DNA of 64,000 bases from Eledone cirrhosa (taxonomy: Eukaryota), in the NCBI GenBank assembly GCA_964016885.1, contig OZ024742.1:225618001-225682000 (forward strand), given 5' to 3'. A model generated the notes under the pieces. It was not told the origin of the DNA. It did no database searches and saw only the letters and a program-made list of their open reading frames with translations. Positions 26,868-40,429 of this stretch are shown here, piece after piece (positions within the stretch are counted from its first letter, which is position 1; every line of letters starts with the position of its first letter). A program made the translations under genes and the position numbers.

Positions 26868-27935
26868 TAATCTGCCATTTACACCTATTTCTGAACATAA
26901 CTACAATATCAGGTCTGTTGTCTGGATGGATGGTGAGGACTCATAGTAACTTGGATTTATCTCTGTCATCAAGAACACTTTCTGGGATAAGTTTGAACCA
27001 CTTATCAGACAACTGATAGCCATACTTTTGGCATATTGACCGTAATTATTTCTTCTTTTATGGGTTTTATACAATTTCTTGTTGAGTAATTACCTATAAA
27101 CTTGGACAACAGAAGGCGAGTGAGGGCATAATTCTCTTCAGCCACCTTCATACATGGTGGGTACGCTATAAAAGCATTTCATTCACTGAAAGAAATGTAT
27201 CCTTTGTATATATTTATAACTTTGTGTTGAATATATATATAAAGTCTAATTTAGATTAGGTGAGTAATGTACAGGTACTGTAATTTACATTTATTATTAT
27301 TAATAAAGTACCAGTAATGCACTGGGTAATTGCTGGCCTTGTGCCTAAAGTAGAAACAATTATTATTATTATTAAATTAAGGGCAGTGGTTTGGCAGTAT
27401 CGGTAGGGCATCGGACACTATACTTTGTGGCATAGAGTTACGTCCTTTTATGTTCTGAATTCAAATCCCGCAGAGGTTACATTTGCCTTTCATCCTTATG
27501 GGGTCAATAATAAAATAAAATACCTGTAACACACTGAGGCCGATTTAATGCCCCCCCCCCCTCCCCCCGCGAAAAAAGGTTGTTGTTATTACTGCTGCTA
27601 GTCACAAAAGAGTTAAGACTTTTGATACCAAACTCCCCAAAGCTAGCTCTGGTTCTATAAAACAAAACCAATTTTAAAGGGCTCCTATTTAAATTAAAAT
27701 CTGACATAATTTTATGTAAGAATCATATGTTAAGTTGCTATCTTAGTAATGAAATAATTAATAATTTTTAGTAAATCCTTAAAAATTCTCAATTAATTAG
27801 TTGAAATAAGGTATGTTTCATTAGAAATATTGCCACATTAATACACGGGTTGTTGTTGCTGCTGTGTTGTTCATAAATATTTTAATTTCAAAATGAATAT
27901 GTCTTTTCCTGTTTTCCTTCTTCTGTGTTCTCCAG

Positions 27936-28061
27936 AAAAGTGCCTATATCGTAGAAGCTTGCCTGTTAAGGTTCATGTTAAAGGTTTGTGATGCTGAGTC
28001 TTGCCTCTCTGAACAGCCGTACATATCAAAATTACTGGATACCATGTGGACCCTTATGCAG
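27936..28061 (+). CDS. RNF123: RNF123 exon 9 (KSAYIVEACLL...LLDTMWTLMQ)
   Basis: AG/GT boundaries, 42 codons. Confidence 0.9.
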
Positions 28062-28309
28062 GTTAATGTCATGCAATTCTTTTACAACCTTTTTCTTTTA
28101 TTTTTAGTGGTTGGGAAGGGCAGTACTCATGACCTCTGAATATATAGACTATATAGACAGATGTGATCAGGCTGGCAGCTATATCCATTGGGCAATATGC
28201 TAACAGTAGTGCTGATGCCATGGTAAAATGTACTCAGCGCATACTGTAATATTGTAGTGTTGTTGCCATGATAAAATGCACTTAGTATACACTATAAAGT
28301 GGTATACCA

Positions 28310-29480
28310 ACATCCACTGCTAATTAGGTTAACCAGCTAACTGAAGCTATCAATTACTTCTACAGACCCTTCTAGGCATTTAAAGGAGCTTCTTTCCTGT
28401 GAACACTTGCTACTTACTGCTCTTGTGCATCAACCACATACAAAACCTACATTCTTTGTTAGCCTGTCTGAGATCTTGCTACATCCATTGTGTACTCGTA
28501 GTTTGCATTTGGGACATAGGATGAAATTTCTATGCACTCCTTTCCTACACACAGAGCAAGGTCATTCCATGAAGGGATCAGGGCTGTTTTCCTTTCTATT
28601 TACTAGAATTTTAGTCTTTGCTAAATTGACTTTAAGACCTTTTGCTCCCAAGCTATGCTTCCAGGTCTGGAATTTCTCTAATTCTGCCACAGATTCAGCA
28701 ATGAGGGATAGATCATCAGCATATATGAGTTCCCATGGGCAGCCAGTCTTAAACACTTCTGTTATAGCCTGTAGAACGATAATAAACAGGAGTGGACTAA
28801 GCTTTGATGGACCCATACTTCATTCTAAATTCCTCACTATAATCATCTACTCCTAGTTTTTCTAAAAGCCCACCAGATTATGGAATGGTCAACTCTGTTA
28901 AATGCTTTTTCCAGGTCAACAAATACCAAGTAAAGGGGCTTACTTTTAGCTAAGTACTTATCCTGCAGTTGCCTTACAAGGAAGAGAACATCAGTGGTTC
29001 TTTTACCTCGCCCAAACTGCATTCATCTGGGTTAACACAGTCCCTAATCAGTTGTGCAATAACTCTTTCTGTAATTTTTATGACCTGGTCCATCAACTTG
29101 ATGCCTCTGTAGTTTCCTCTGTCTACTGCATCTCCTTTGCCCTTATAGCAGTTGCTGATGCTGCTGCTGCACTAGTCATTGGGTAGGACACTATTTTGTA
29201 TTACTTGGTTTACAATACCTGTGGTTAAGGTGCGTCCTAGCATCTCAGCAACTATCCCTGATGGTCCAGCTGATTTGCCTGTTTTCATATCCTTGATTGC
29301 ATTACTACACTGCTGCTGACTTTTATGACTAGTCCCTCTGTTGGGTCAGTTTGAGACAGACTATCCTCTTTCCATGAGTTCTCCTCATTCAACAGTCTCT
29401 CAAAATGGTACTTCCATGCTACTTTCTTTTCAGCATTGGTGAGGACAAGTGCACCAATATCATCTTAGACACACTTCTGA
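28310..29480 (-). mobile_element. RTE LINE reverse-transcriptase fragment
   Basis: NYRGIKL, FVDLEKAFNRV and LIYADDL motifs, with frameshifts. Confidence 0.9.
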
Positions 29481-29617
29481 TTGTACTATTTAGAATAATT
29501 TAACATAGTAGGGTGTAATGTATTTTACTCACATATCCTATAATACATACACAAAATAAAATATTTATTGCATTAACCTATTTAAAGTATCAGGCATCTG
29601 TTTCATTTCATTCATTT

Positions 29618-29941
29618 CATTTTACGTCCGCTTTTTCCCTGCTTGCAAGGGTGGGATGGGAACTGATTCTGGCTTGATTTCTACAGCTGGATGCCCTTCT
29701 TAACACCAACCTCATTTACAGTGAGTGCTGGGTGCTTTTTTGCCGTGGCACCTCCACAACCACTTTGCAGTGGAATGATATGGACCCCAGTCCCTATCAT
29801 CTCATTTCTACAGCTGAGTAAACTGAAGCAATGTGAAATAAAGTGTCTTGCTCAAGGAAACAACACATCACCCGGTCTGAGAATTGAACTCACAACCTTT
29901 CAATTGCAAGGCCAATGCTCTAACCACTAAGCCATGTGCCT
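29618..29941 (-). mobile_element. tRNA-derived SINE with RTE-like 3' tail
   Basis: A/B boxes TGGCTTAGTGG and AGTTCAATTCT; nearly identical to 49098..49490 and 51581..51918. Confidence 0.85.
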
Positions 29942-30718
29942 GTTTCTCTGAGTATATGTTTATTTTACATACAATAACTGGGTACAATAGTACTAGTTTA
30001 GAATAGGTACATTGTAACCCTCCATGATAAAAGGCAACTTAAGGAATTGGCACCAGAGAAAGCATTTGGCTGAAAACATTTCCTCAAAAAGGTCCCCATG
30101 AAGCTTTTCATTCAGCTTGCAAGGCTGATCCTTGCTTTAATGGGGAAAATGGTTTTTAAATGCTGTTGTTGTATATCATCATCACTGTTTAATGTCTATT
30201 TTCCATGCTTGCTTGAGTTAGATGGCTGTCATATGCTGAGACCAGACCGGTTAGGTGACTAAGCCTTGCTAGTATGCTTTGTTTTGGCTTAGTTTCTACA
30301 GCTGGATGCCATTCCTAACACCAACCACTTTACAGCATATACTGGGGACATTTTGTCATGACTCTAGCTCTGCTACCTTACAAAGTGGACTGGGTGCTTT
30401 TTATTGTTGCACCAGCACTACTACTTTACAGGGTGAACTAGGTCTTTTTGTCGTGGCACCAATACCACCTTATTACAACACTGAGGTGCTCAGTGTCCTT
30501 GGTCTTGTTTGGGAGGCATTTGTAGGAGTTTGGGTCATGGAGTTAGCTTTGAAGCAAGTTGTTTGTGTCTGACATTGTGGGGTGTATCTTGCTTCCCTTG
30601 AGGGCCTAGAAGGGAGCAGTTATATGCAACCTGTCCAGCCCATGCCAACATGGAAAACAGACGTAAAAAATCAATATTGATTTATTTTAATTTTACTATA
30701 TTTGTCTAATATTGATTA

Positions 30719-30721
<3 letters not shown>

Positions 30722-30789
<68 letters not shown>
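30722..30789. repeat. (CT)n microsatellite
   Basis: Seen directly. Confidence 0.98.
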
Positions 30790-30791
<2 letters not shown>

Positions 30792-31789
30792 GACATATCT
30801 GATGCAATGGCACTTGAATTCAGAAATGCAACATGGCTGCATGTTTTAAGAATCTTGCTTCAGCCTTTGGACATGCTTAAGCCAGTGATCGTTTTGCTTG
30901 ACCAGTATACCTACGATACAAGGAAGACACTATGCATTGAAATACTTGCCCAAGACAGTGGAGGGTTCACTGTACCAAAATCTTTTCCATGCTAGTGAGA
31001 TTGGCTTTCACTAGGAAAGCCAAAAAGGGTAGTAGAGAGAACTCTTCAATTGTGTCTAAGACAAGACAACCTCCTTAATGTTGACGCCACAAAAAAATCC
31101 CCCCAGTACACTTTTTAAAGAGGTTGATAACTAAACAAACAAAGACAACATACAGTTCAGAGGATCCTTTAGTCATGTCAAAGACATGAATAACCTCCTA
31201 GTGCTGGTGCCAAAATAAATTGCACACAGTACACTCTGTGAAGTAGTTGATCAAACAAAGCACAGGGTTAAGTGGGCTCTTCAGTTCTGCCTAGGGCATG
31301 ACAACTACTCTAGTGTTGGCTCCATGTCAAATTGCATCCAGTATACTTTGTAAAGTGGTCGGAAGGGCATCCAGCCATAGAAACCTTGCCAAAAATGGAA
31401 CATATGAGCAAAACAAGGTAGTATTTTTTATTAGATGGTCTTGAAAAAGTTAAAAACAAATATTCCTGTTTAAGACTGTCCCTGGTTCTATGAAACAAAT
31501 CAATCACTTTTAAATCCTTTATATATAAACCTTTTATCATAGTTTTGTTATGTTCCAAACACCAACTTAATAATGGAGAGGTTAGTTATATTACTAAACT
31601 ACTATTATCATCATCAACATCATCACAGGTTGTACTGGATCCATTTTCATGCTACCAACTGTATATTCTTCCAAATTCTTGATTTTTTTAAAAATTAACT
31701 GAAACTCACATAGATAGTATATTTCATTAGAAACACAGCCATGGAAGGGTTGAAAACCAAACAATAATGTGTCTATCTTTTATTTTCAG

Positions 31790-31882
31790 GATTTTGAATT
31801 AAAAGCCTGTCTTGAAAACTTAATCATCACACTGCTAACAGCTTATCGTTTCTCTCCAATAACTGCCGATTTCAAATACCCT
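31790..31882 (+). CDS. RNF123: RNF123 exon 10 (DFELKACL...YRFSPITADFKYP)
   Basis: AG/GT boundaries; YRFSP motif. Confidence 0.92.
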
Positions 31883-32459
31883 GTAAGTTCTTTTGATTAT
31901 TAGAAATTTATCCTCAAAGATCTTTCAATTACAGACATTTTAATGCTGCCAAAGACCTTTAGCCTCTTCTTTTATACCAAACCACCTCTATATTCTATGA
32001 TACAAAACTGTTTGTTTTAAAGTGTATATATTTATCTAATAACCTTTCATCATAATTAATGTAAGAACCTTTAATTAAGTTACCGTATATACTCAAATAT
32101 AAGCCGACCTCCCTATTTTATGTCTGAGAAATGGGCAAAAATACAAACTGCATTTATAGGCTGAGGCAGCTATTCAACACATTATGTTTAGATAGCAGGA
32201 TTTTGAAATTCTCATGAGTGTAAACATATATTTATGAAGTGCTGTTATTTTGATGTTTAACCCTTTAGCATTTAAAATGGCCGTATCCAGCTAGAATTTT
32301 TCTCACTTCTTTCTGTTCAAACCTGCTGTAACTGGCCATTCATACTAACGTTAAGATACTGTTCTCAAAATAAATAATACCAAAATCTCATAGATTAGAT
32401 ATTATGTGAGGTAAAGCCTTTACCATGAAAATATAATAGTAAATATAGAGTATAATTTT

Positions 32460-33408
32460 TGTTTAACAACTCTGTTATGTAATTTTCCCTTTGATTTATA
32501 TGAAATTTAAAGCATAGGTAAATGACAAGATATGATGCCTATTCACAAAATTTTAGCAAATTTCAATAATATTAAAACACTCTAACGGGGGTTAAACCCC
32601 CTATTAGGGTTTCTGGGGGCACAAACCCCGCTGAAAATTTTTTCCCTTAGATTTATATGAAATTTAAAGCATAGGTAAATGACAAGATATGATGCCTATT
32701 CACAAAAGTTTTGTAGTGATATTTTGAAAAAAAATTATTTACAAGAAACAAAATAAGAATAAGATTTAATAATGTAATTTTGATTTGATATATTACAAAA
32801 AATAATGTTTTCCAATTTTTCATGTATTACATTTTACATTGAGTAATATTGAAATGCAGTTTTCTCTATAAATTATATCACTGATTTAAAATCAATCATC
32901 ATTTTCTTTTAAAAAAATGTGTGAAACGCAACAATGCGCAGGTAATTTGGCGAGTTTTGAATAAATCAGGAATGAATATAATGTAATTTATCTACTAAAT
33001 TTCGTAGCTCTTGATTAAACATAAATGTTCTTATATATAATGTCTTGCTTATTTTAAGATTCACTTCTCTCCGGTTAGCGTCTGTTCGATCATAACACAT
33101 ATAGCCGTATGCTATATCACATCGCTTATATAAGCATTCATATATTTACATCATAACGTTTATATTTACATCGCTAATTTTTGCCGTTATGCAGTTTATA
33201 TATAATATCATCTTTTTTAAATGTATCATTGATTACTTTACTAATTACAGAAGAGAGTGTAACACAGTCTTCGTTCAATTTCTGTGCATATTATCAATTA
33301 CGATTTTATTTGATGTATCATATCTACATGAATGTTTATTTGCATATAATATCAATATACACATTACACATGCCAGCAGAGAACCACCGAAGGGTGGTTT
33401 TCTGCTAG
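32460..33408 (+). mobile_element. Non-autonomous Helitron-like element (3' end clear, 5' end unresolved)
   Basis: Hairpin AACCACCGAAGGGTGGTT then ttctgCTAG|T; internal direct repeat of about 70 bp at 32481 and 32637. Confidence 0.65.
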
Positions 33409-33763
33409 TAATAATAATTCCTCAGCCAAAGGTCAGAGAATACCACGGATGAAATGTTGTAACTATAATCACCAAGATGAGGACACTGGTCAGATTATGT
33501 CAGTGTATAATAATAATTGTTTCTACTTTTGGCACAAGGCCAGCAATTATGCCAGTGCATTACTGGTACTTTATTTTATCGACCCCGTAAGGATGAAAGG
33601 CAAAGTTAACCTCGGCGGGATTTGAACTCAGATCGTAAAGGTCAGTGTATAATAATAATAATTCCTCATTTTAGAAATGCAGACAAACAAGTTATTTAAT
33701 TTTTTGTTTATCTTTAAGAAATTTTATTTACATTTAAATAATTTAAAAAATTTTAATTTTCAG

Positions 33764-33837
33764 AGAATGTATTTGAGTTTGACCTTGGCAATATTGAAGC
33801 ATTCTCAGACGCGGCACCATCTACTGTCTCATGTGTT
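33764..33837 (+). CDS. RNF123: RNF123 exon 11 (RMYLSLTLAILKHSQTRHHLLSHV)
   Basis: cag acceptor; ends at the U12-like donor ATATCTTT. Confidence 0.9.
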
Positions 33838-34409
33838 ATATCTTTTTATATAATCATTTCTCTGAGTGAACGGTAGATTATATAATGCTTGCATATGAAG
33901 TGTGATGTTGCATGATAGAGAGTCATGGGCACCAAATACAGAGGGTTGATGCAGTAGGTTAGTTAGAAATAAGGCTAGCATGCTATGCTGGATGTATAAT
34001 GTTAGTGTGTGTAAGTGATGAAGCACAAATGAGTTAATGGAAAAACTGGTTATAAAAGGAATGTGATGAAGTGTGTAGGAAAGAGGATTGTGCTGGTAAG
34101 GACTTGTGATGTATATGGATGATGGTGGTAAAGTGGACGTAAGCGGAGTGAAACTGTACTAGAGAGAGTAATAGAGGAGCAACAGCAATGAGGGAAAAAG
34201 TTAAAGTATGATGGAGGAGATGGTACTGGTGGGAGTAAGGGTAGCTACACATTTGATGGTGAGGGAGTGAGGGATAGTGGTCTTGGGGAGAGGGAGTGAT
34301 GGTAGCTACATATTTACTGGTAAAAGAATGAGGTATGGTGTTTTGGAGAGAGCGAGGGATGTATTCATATCATAACATGTTCTTATTTGGGTTTCCTTAA
34401 CTGTGCTAC
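33838..34409 (+). other. U12-type AT-AC intron
   Basis: 5' ATATCTTTT; consensus branch site TTTCCTTAAC at 34392-34401; 3' AC at 34408-34409; the junction is in frame (VL/FD). Confidence 0.9.
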
Positions 34410-34512
34410 ATTTGACAAGATAAAATTTCCTGTCTTTCTCCACATCAAACCCCCAGATGATAAGGGACTAATTGAGATTGTGCCTCATGTTTGGTGGCCA
34501 AAGGTTAAAGAG
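34410..34512 (+). CDS. RNF123: RNF123 exon 12 (FDKIKFPVFLHIKPP...PHVWWPKVKE)
   Basis: Follows the AC acceptor; gtaagg donor. Confidence 0.9.
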
Positions 34513-34586
34513 GTAAGGACTTTACAATAATTTTCCCTCCTCCTCCTCATCATCATCATCATCATCACTATGGTAACCCTCTACAA

Positions 34587-34825
34587 CATTGGTTCTCAAC
34601 TTTATTTTGTCCTTTATATGATTTCTCCCAAAATCAAGGAACCCATACCTATATTTTAAGGACAATCCCCCCACTAATAAGGCATTAAATGAAACAAAAT
34701 TTGATTGTAAAAAGAGTTTTTATTTATAAAAAAAAGCAAATTTTTTATTAAAAGGCATTGTGGAACCAGAAATATTGTTTTCCTGGAACACTGGGTTTCC
34801 ATAGAATCCATTTTGGAAAACACTG
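34587..34825. mobile_element. hAT MITE
   Basis: CATTGGTTCTCAA...TTGGAAAACACTG; perfect 8-bp TSD CTCTACAA. Confidence 0.8.
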
Positions 34826-35376
34826 CTCTACAACTACCTACAGTACCACTACAGACATTTATCTATAGGAATTTGATCCAAACATCTTCCCTATTAACCT
34901 AACCAGAACATGACTATGAGACAGCCCTTCATTACCAACAGAGGTTGTAGCTCCCTGAACTTTTTCCAGCTTCTTATTCTAGCTACTATGCTTTCAGAGC
35001 AACCTCTTCCACTGTTAATTTGGTTGCAAATCAACTACCTTTATGAAACATCATCATCATCATCGTTTAACATCCATCTGCCACACTAGAATGGGAAACC
35101 TTCCTGGATTGGGAAAAATATACTTCTCTCATACTCTTGCTAACTACACCTGTGTATTTGCCACATACAATATCTACCTTCTCTATTAGCCAGCCTACAC
35201 CACTTGTGTACTCATAGTTTACATTGAGTGCACTGTAAGGAATTCCTACCTGCTTCTTTTTTATGTGTAAATCATGACCATTTCTCTGATGGTATCAGGG
35301 TGTTGTCTTCTTTCCTCCTGTCAATATGATTTATTATATTTGCACAGTAAACATGTTTATTTGAACCTATTTTCAG

Positions 35377-35470
35377 GAGGGTACAGTATTACAGGCCCAA
35401 ACCCAGAAGGAAGAAGATGATAAACAAGCTTATCTGTCTTCTTGTGAACAACTAAAAAACAAAATTGAAG
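35377..35470 (+). CDS. RNF123: RNF123 exon 13 (EGTVLQ...CEQLKNKIE)
   Basis: AG/GT boundaries, phase 0-1. Confidence 0.88.
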
Positions 35471-36874
35471 GTAGGTGTTTATTTCCCAGTTGATTTTTAA
35501 CCAATATTCTCTTAGTCTTTTTTTGACAACCAAGTGGTTCTGGGTCTAGTCCCACTGTGTGGCATCTTCAGCAACTCTCTATAATTACAAGTTGTTCAAT
35601 GCCTTGTGAGTGAATTTGTTAGACACCTATGATATATGTTTGTGAAGACGCAGTAGAGGAAGACCACAGAAAACATGGGCAGAGGTGGTGTGAGCTGACC
35701 TCAGATTGCTGAAACTCACAGAGGAGATGACGAAGGACTGTGACAAATGGAGAGATGCTGTGCTGAAGAGGACCCATTCCACTCTTGCAAGAAGAGAATA
35801 GCGAACATAAAATGATGATGTGTGCGTGTGGATGCAAGCTTAGCTGAATGGTTAAGAAGTTCACTTTACAATCATGAAGTCCCAGATTCAACCCTACTAC
35901 ATGGCATTTGGGACAAGTATCTATATCATAGCCTCAGATTAACTCATGCTTTGTCAGTGTAATTGGGTTGACAGAAATGTGGAAGCTTATGTGATGTGTT
36001 GTACCTGTAATTCAAAGGGCCAGCTTTGTTACACTGAATTATCCCTGTGAATTATGATAAGGGTACATATATCTCTGAAATACTGAGCCACAACTTACAT
36101 ATTATTTTTACAAACAGGCAATTCCTGTCAAGACCAACAGAGCTCTATTTACTTTTTTAACCTTTTTCATATACAAAGCTGTTTATATTTATCTAAAAAC
36201 CTTCCATCATAACTTTATGTAAGAACCTTTATGTTCCCAACACCATCTTAATAATGAGAAAATTGGTTATATCTCTAAATCCTCCAAATTTTTTATTATT
36301 TTTAAATTGAAATGTTTTTCATTTGAAGTATGGAAACAAAACGGTTAACTTAAATCCATAAGTCCACACACTCTTCACCACAAAGCAGTCGTTTAACTTG
36401 CTACCATTTGTCCTGTATTTTTTGTTTCTATAATTTCGAAAATATTATTCCAGTTTGTATATTATTGAGAGAACTCTTCAGTTATGTCAAGGGAACGACT
36501 ACCTCTTGAGTGCTGGTGACATGATCAAACACACCTATTATACTCTGTAAAGTAGTTGGAAGGGCATCCAGTCACAGAAAACTTTCCATACAAAATGTTG
36601 AGAGGATTTTTAGTTAGGTCAATGACATGACAACCTCTCTAGTATTGGTGACATGATAAAACACATAGTGTACACTGTATAGTGTGAGAACATATGTAAA
36701 TGAGATATGGCCCCAAACCTATCTGAAGCATCAGTAGCTCCAATTAAGTACTGACATGGTGTGTGGCTACACATCCAACTCTTGCTAGTAGGGAAAATAG
36801 ACATTAAATCATAATGATGATTTATATTTTAAGCTAAGACATAGTTTCACATCAGATATATTTTGTTTTTGTAG

Positions 36875-36936
36875 AAATTGAAAGATTACAAATAGAAATG
36901 CTGAAAGTGTTATTAATACATAATGATGAGAAGGAG
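36875..36936 (+). CDS. RNF123: RNF123 exon 14 (IERLQIEMLKVLLIHNDEKE)
   Basis: AG/GT boundaries, phase 1-0. Confidence 0.88.
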
Positions 36937-37115
36937 GTATGTATAGCTATTTCATTTTAATAAATTTTCAAGTAATTATTAAGTTTCTTAACCCTTTTGA
37001 TATTGTATATTTTCTAAAAACTTTCCATCATAATTTAATGTAAGGAACTTTGTTAAGTTATACTCCAAACACCAACTTAATAATTAGAATATTAGTTATA
37101 TTTCTAAATCTCTTA

Positions 37116-37266
37116 TCCACCATCATACCTACCATCTTAACCACCACCCTACCCACCATCTTACTCACCATGATACCCACCACCCTACCCGCCACCTTAC
37201 CCAGCACCCTACCCACCATCTTAATCACCACCATCATACCCACCACCCTACCCATCATTCTACCCT
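37116..37266. repeat. C/A-rich 12-bp-type minisatellite (ACCCACCATCTT variants)
   Basis: Seen directly. Confidence 0.85.
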
Positions 37267-37428
37267 TAGTGCTTATGCCACGATAAAATGCACCTCATGC
37301 TCTCTGTAGTGTGCAGAAAATATATAAGCAAGATGTAGGGTTCCTGCCCATCTAAGAGGTCATAGTTCCAATTAATTTGGTCTTGGACAACTTGTCCAAT
37401 ATTTGTTAGCAGGGAAAATGGACATTAA

Positions 37429-37650
37429 CCTCTTAGCATTTACATTGCTCTATATTTACTATTATATTTTCACGGTAAACATAATATCGAATCTAACATA
37501 TCTAACATAAAATCGAATCTACGAGATTTTGATATTATTTATTCTTAGAACAATACCTTAACATAAGTATGAGCAGCCAGTTGTGGCTGGTTTGAACAGA
37601 AAGAGGTGAGAGAATTCTGACTTGATATGGCTGGTTTAAATGCTAAAGGG
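37429..37650. mobile_element. piggyBac-like MITE inserted into the TTAA of a retroposon tail
   Basis: ggacaTTAA[MITE]TTAAatgatga. Confidence 0.8.
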
Positions 37651-38160
37651 TTAAATGATGACATGAAGATGTATTTAGGGACAGTTTGTTTCATGTCCTC
37701 AAAAAATACCTATATGCATATAATTCCTTTAAAAATTTAGATAATACAAATTATCAAGAAAAACAGATGCATTCTTAATTGTTATTTTACAGAGAAATCT
37801 TTTTTAAGGTTTAAATAATGAATACATTGATGAAATTTAAAAGTCATTCATAATTCATATTGTATAACCAACGTAACATTCTGAGCCTATAGCACATCTG
37901 CAATTTTATTCTGATTCCTTATCAACATGTAATTTAAAGGCACAATGAAAAATTTCACAATTTATGTTAAGCCTTCTACAAACACAAATTGAAAGTAAAT
38001 GAAAGCATTAACAAATATAACTATACAATAAATAAAAATACAGTAAATGAAAGTATTAAAAAAATCTGATTCAATATTTTTTTTCATTTCATCAACATAA
38101 TTGTAATCTACATCATGAAAAAGGCATCTCTGCAAAATATCATTAAAAAATATGCCTTAA

Positions 38161-38714
38161 CCCTTTAGCATTTAAACCAGCCATATCTGGCCAGAATTCT
38201 CTCACCTCTTTCTGTTCAAACCAACCGTAACCGGCTGCTCATACTTATGATAAGGTATTGTTCTCAAAATAAATAATATCAAAATCTCATAGATTCGATA
38301 TTATATGAGATAATTATGTGTGATAAAGTATTTACCATGAAATACAATAGTAGATATGTATGTATGGTCCCATAACTCCTGATAGGGGTGCTGTATTGAC
38401 ATATGGTGTTGCTTGGGTATTTTAAGCCTGGCGGAGCCCATCCCTCTCCAGGCTTGAGTACAGCAGATTTCTTCCAGAGAAAGATAGTGAGAGAGAGGAA
38501 ATGAGAAAGAGATATAGAGGAAAAATCGACCCCAGTACTAGACTGGTACTTTTTTTTAACGACCTCGAAAGGATGAAAAGCAAGGTTGACATCGGCGGGA
38601 TTTGAACTCAGAGAGCCGGAACAAATACCATAAAGCATTCTATCCGACGTTCTAACGACTCTACCAATTTACCGCCTCTAATAATAAATATAGAGTAATG
38701 TAAATGCTAAAAGA
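38161..38714. mobile_element. piggyBac-like MITE interrupted by a SINE-like insert of about 330 bp
   Basis: Both TIRs and TTAA flanks present; insert at about 38358..38688. Confidence 0.75.
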
Positions 38715-38918
38715 TTAAGAAAGTTGTCAGGAAACAAATTCAAGGCAGGGCACTAAGTTTTACAATTGTTATTTTTGTATGGAAATTGTTTGTTGAGACG
38801 ATTATATTTGTTACCAAATTTATGGAAAAGTGTTCCTTACCACAGATATTTCTTACCACTGATATTCACTACCAAAGGATCTAACCTAATTTATATTTAA
38901 TAAAATCTTGTTTTTTAG

Positions 38919-38993
38919 GCACAAGGTAAAACATCACGAGATTTATTTTTGGAAAAGTTCCGAGCTTTCTTGAAAGAAAACGCTGGTACCAGG
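38919..38993 (+). CDS. RNF123: RNF123 exon 15 (AQGKTSRDLFLEKFRAFLKENAGTR)
   Basis: AG/GT boundaries; FL-KFR-FL-EN motif. Confidence 0.92.
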
Positions 38994-40429
38994 GTAGGTT
39001 GAGTTTGGTTTAAACCATATACTTATCTAATAATTATATTTGACAACCTTTAGGTAATGACCTTTTGACCTCAAACACATTAATAAACAACAAAGGGTTA
39101 ACTATAACATGTTATTCAAAAAGTATCTTTCTTTCTTAAGACATCATTTATATTGCTATACTATACTATAGAATATATCTATAGTTTTTAGTGTTGTCGT
39201 GCTGTATGTATCAACAGATGTAAACATTGTGTCTGTATATCTACAATATCTTGTATATCTTCTTTCAATGCTGTACTATGGAATATTTCTATAGATCTTT
39301 AGCCAACACTGTATATATAGACAGATGTGGCTGGCACTCCGTCGGTTACGATGACAAGTATTCCAATTGATCCGATCAATGAAACAGCCTGCTCGTGAAA
39401 TTAATGTGCAAGTGGCTGAGCATTCCACAGATACACGTACCCTTAACCTAGTTCTCTGGGAGATTCAGCATGACACTGAACGTGACAAGGCTGGCCCTTC
39501 GAATTACAGGTACAACTTGTTTTTGCCAGCTGAGTGGACTGGAGCAATGCAAAATAAAGTGTCTTGCTCAAGGACACAAAGCCAGGAATTGAACTCATGA
39601 CCTTACGATTGTGAGCCAATTCCCTTAACTACAAAGCCACATACCTTCACAGACAGATGTAAACACTGTCTTTATACAATATCTTGTATGTTTTGTTCCA
39701 AAGCTGGACAGTACCTAAAGAATGTGTCTATAGATTTTAGACAGCACTTTATGTAGAAATAGATGTAAATACACCTATGTTTTGTTTGAATGCTGTGCTA
39801 CAGAATATATCTATGGATTTTAGTGTTGTTGTATTTTATGTAACATCTTGTTATATACAATATATTGTTTGTTTCAATGCTGTTCTGTTGAATATATCTA
39901 TAGATTTTAGTATTGTTGTATTTTATGCATAGAGAGAGATGTAAACATCTTGTTGTTATATACTATATCTTGTGTTTTGTTTCATAGCCAATACTGTATA
40001 TAGAGACAGAATTAAACACCTTTGATTGTATACACAATATATTGTATGTTTTGTTTTAATGCAATACTGCACTACAGAAAATATCTACAGATTTATTATT
40101 GAATAATATATGTATAGGTTTGGAAGACAAACAAGGAATTGTAGAGGATGATGGGAATAGAACTAGTGATGGATATTGTGAAGAGAAATTGAATGAGATG
40201 GTTGTGTCATGTGTGGAGGAAGGAAGAAATTGATTTGATGAGAGGAATAGAGCCAGTCTGTGATGAATATTCTGAAAAGAAATAGAATAAAATGGTTTGG
40301 TCATATGATGAAGAAAGATAAAAATAATTGGATGAGAGGAATGATAGAAATGAATATGGAAGAATGAAAAATCAAGAAAGACAAGGCTTGAGATGATGAA
40401 GGCGAAAAAAGGTCTATTTAACCCATATA

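Noticed and set aside
30702-30995. ORF after (CT)n as an extra RNF123 exon
   Set aside because: No acceptor, no KPC1 similarity, and exons 9 and 10 already join in frame.
33375-33425. Minus-strand CUGAGGA...GAAA hammerhead-like match
   Set aside because: Stems I and II do not form; the hairpin plus CTAG is better explained as a Helitron 3' end.
37050-37286. Thr/Pro-rich mucin-like ORF
   Set aside because: It is the translation of a short-period minisatellite.
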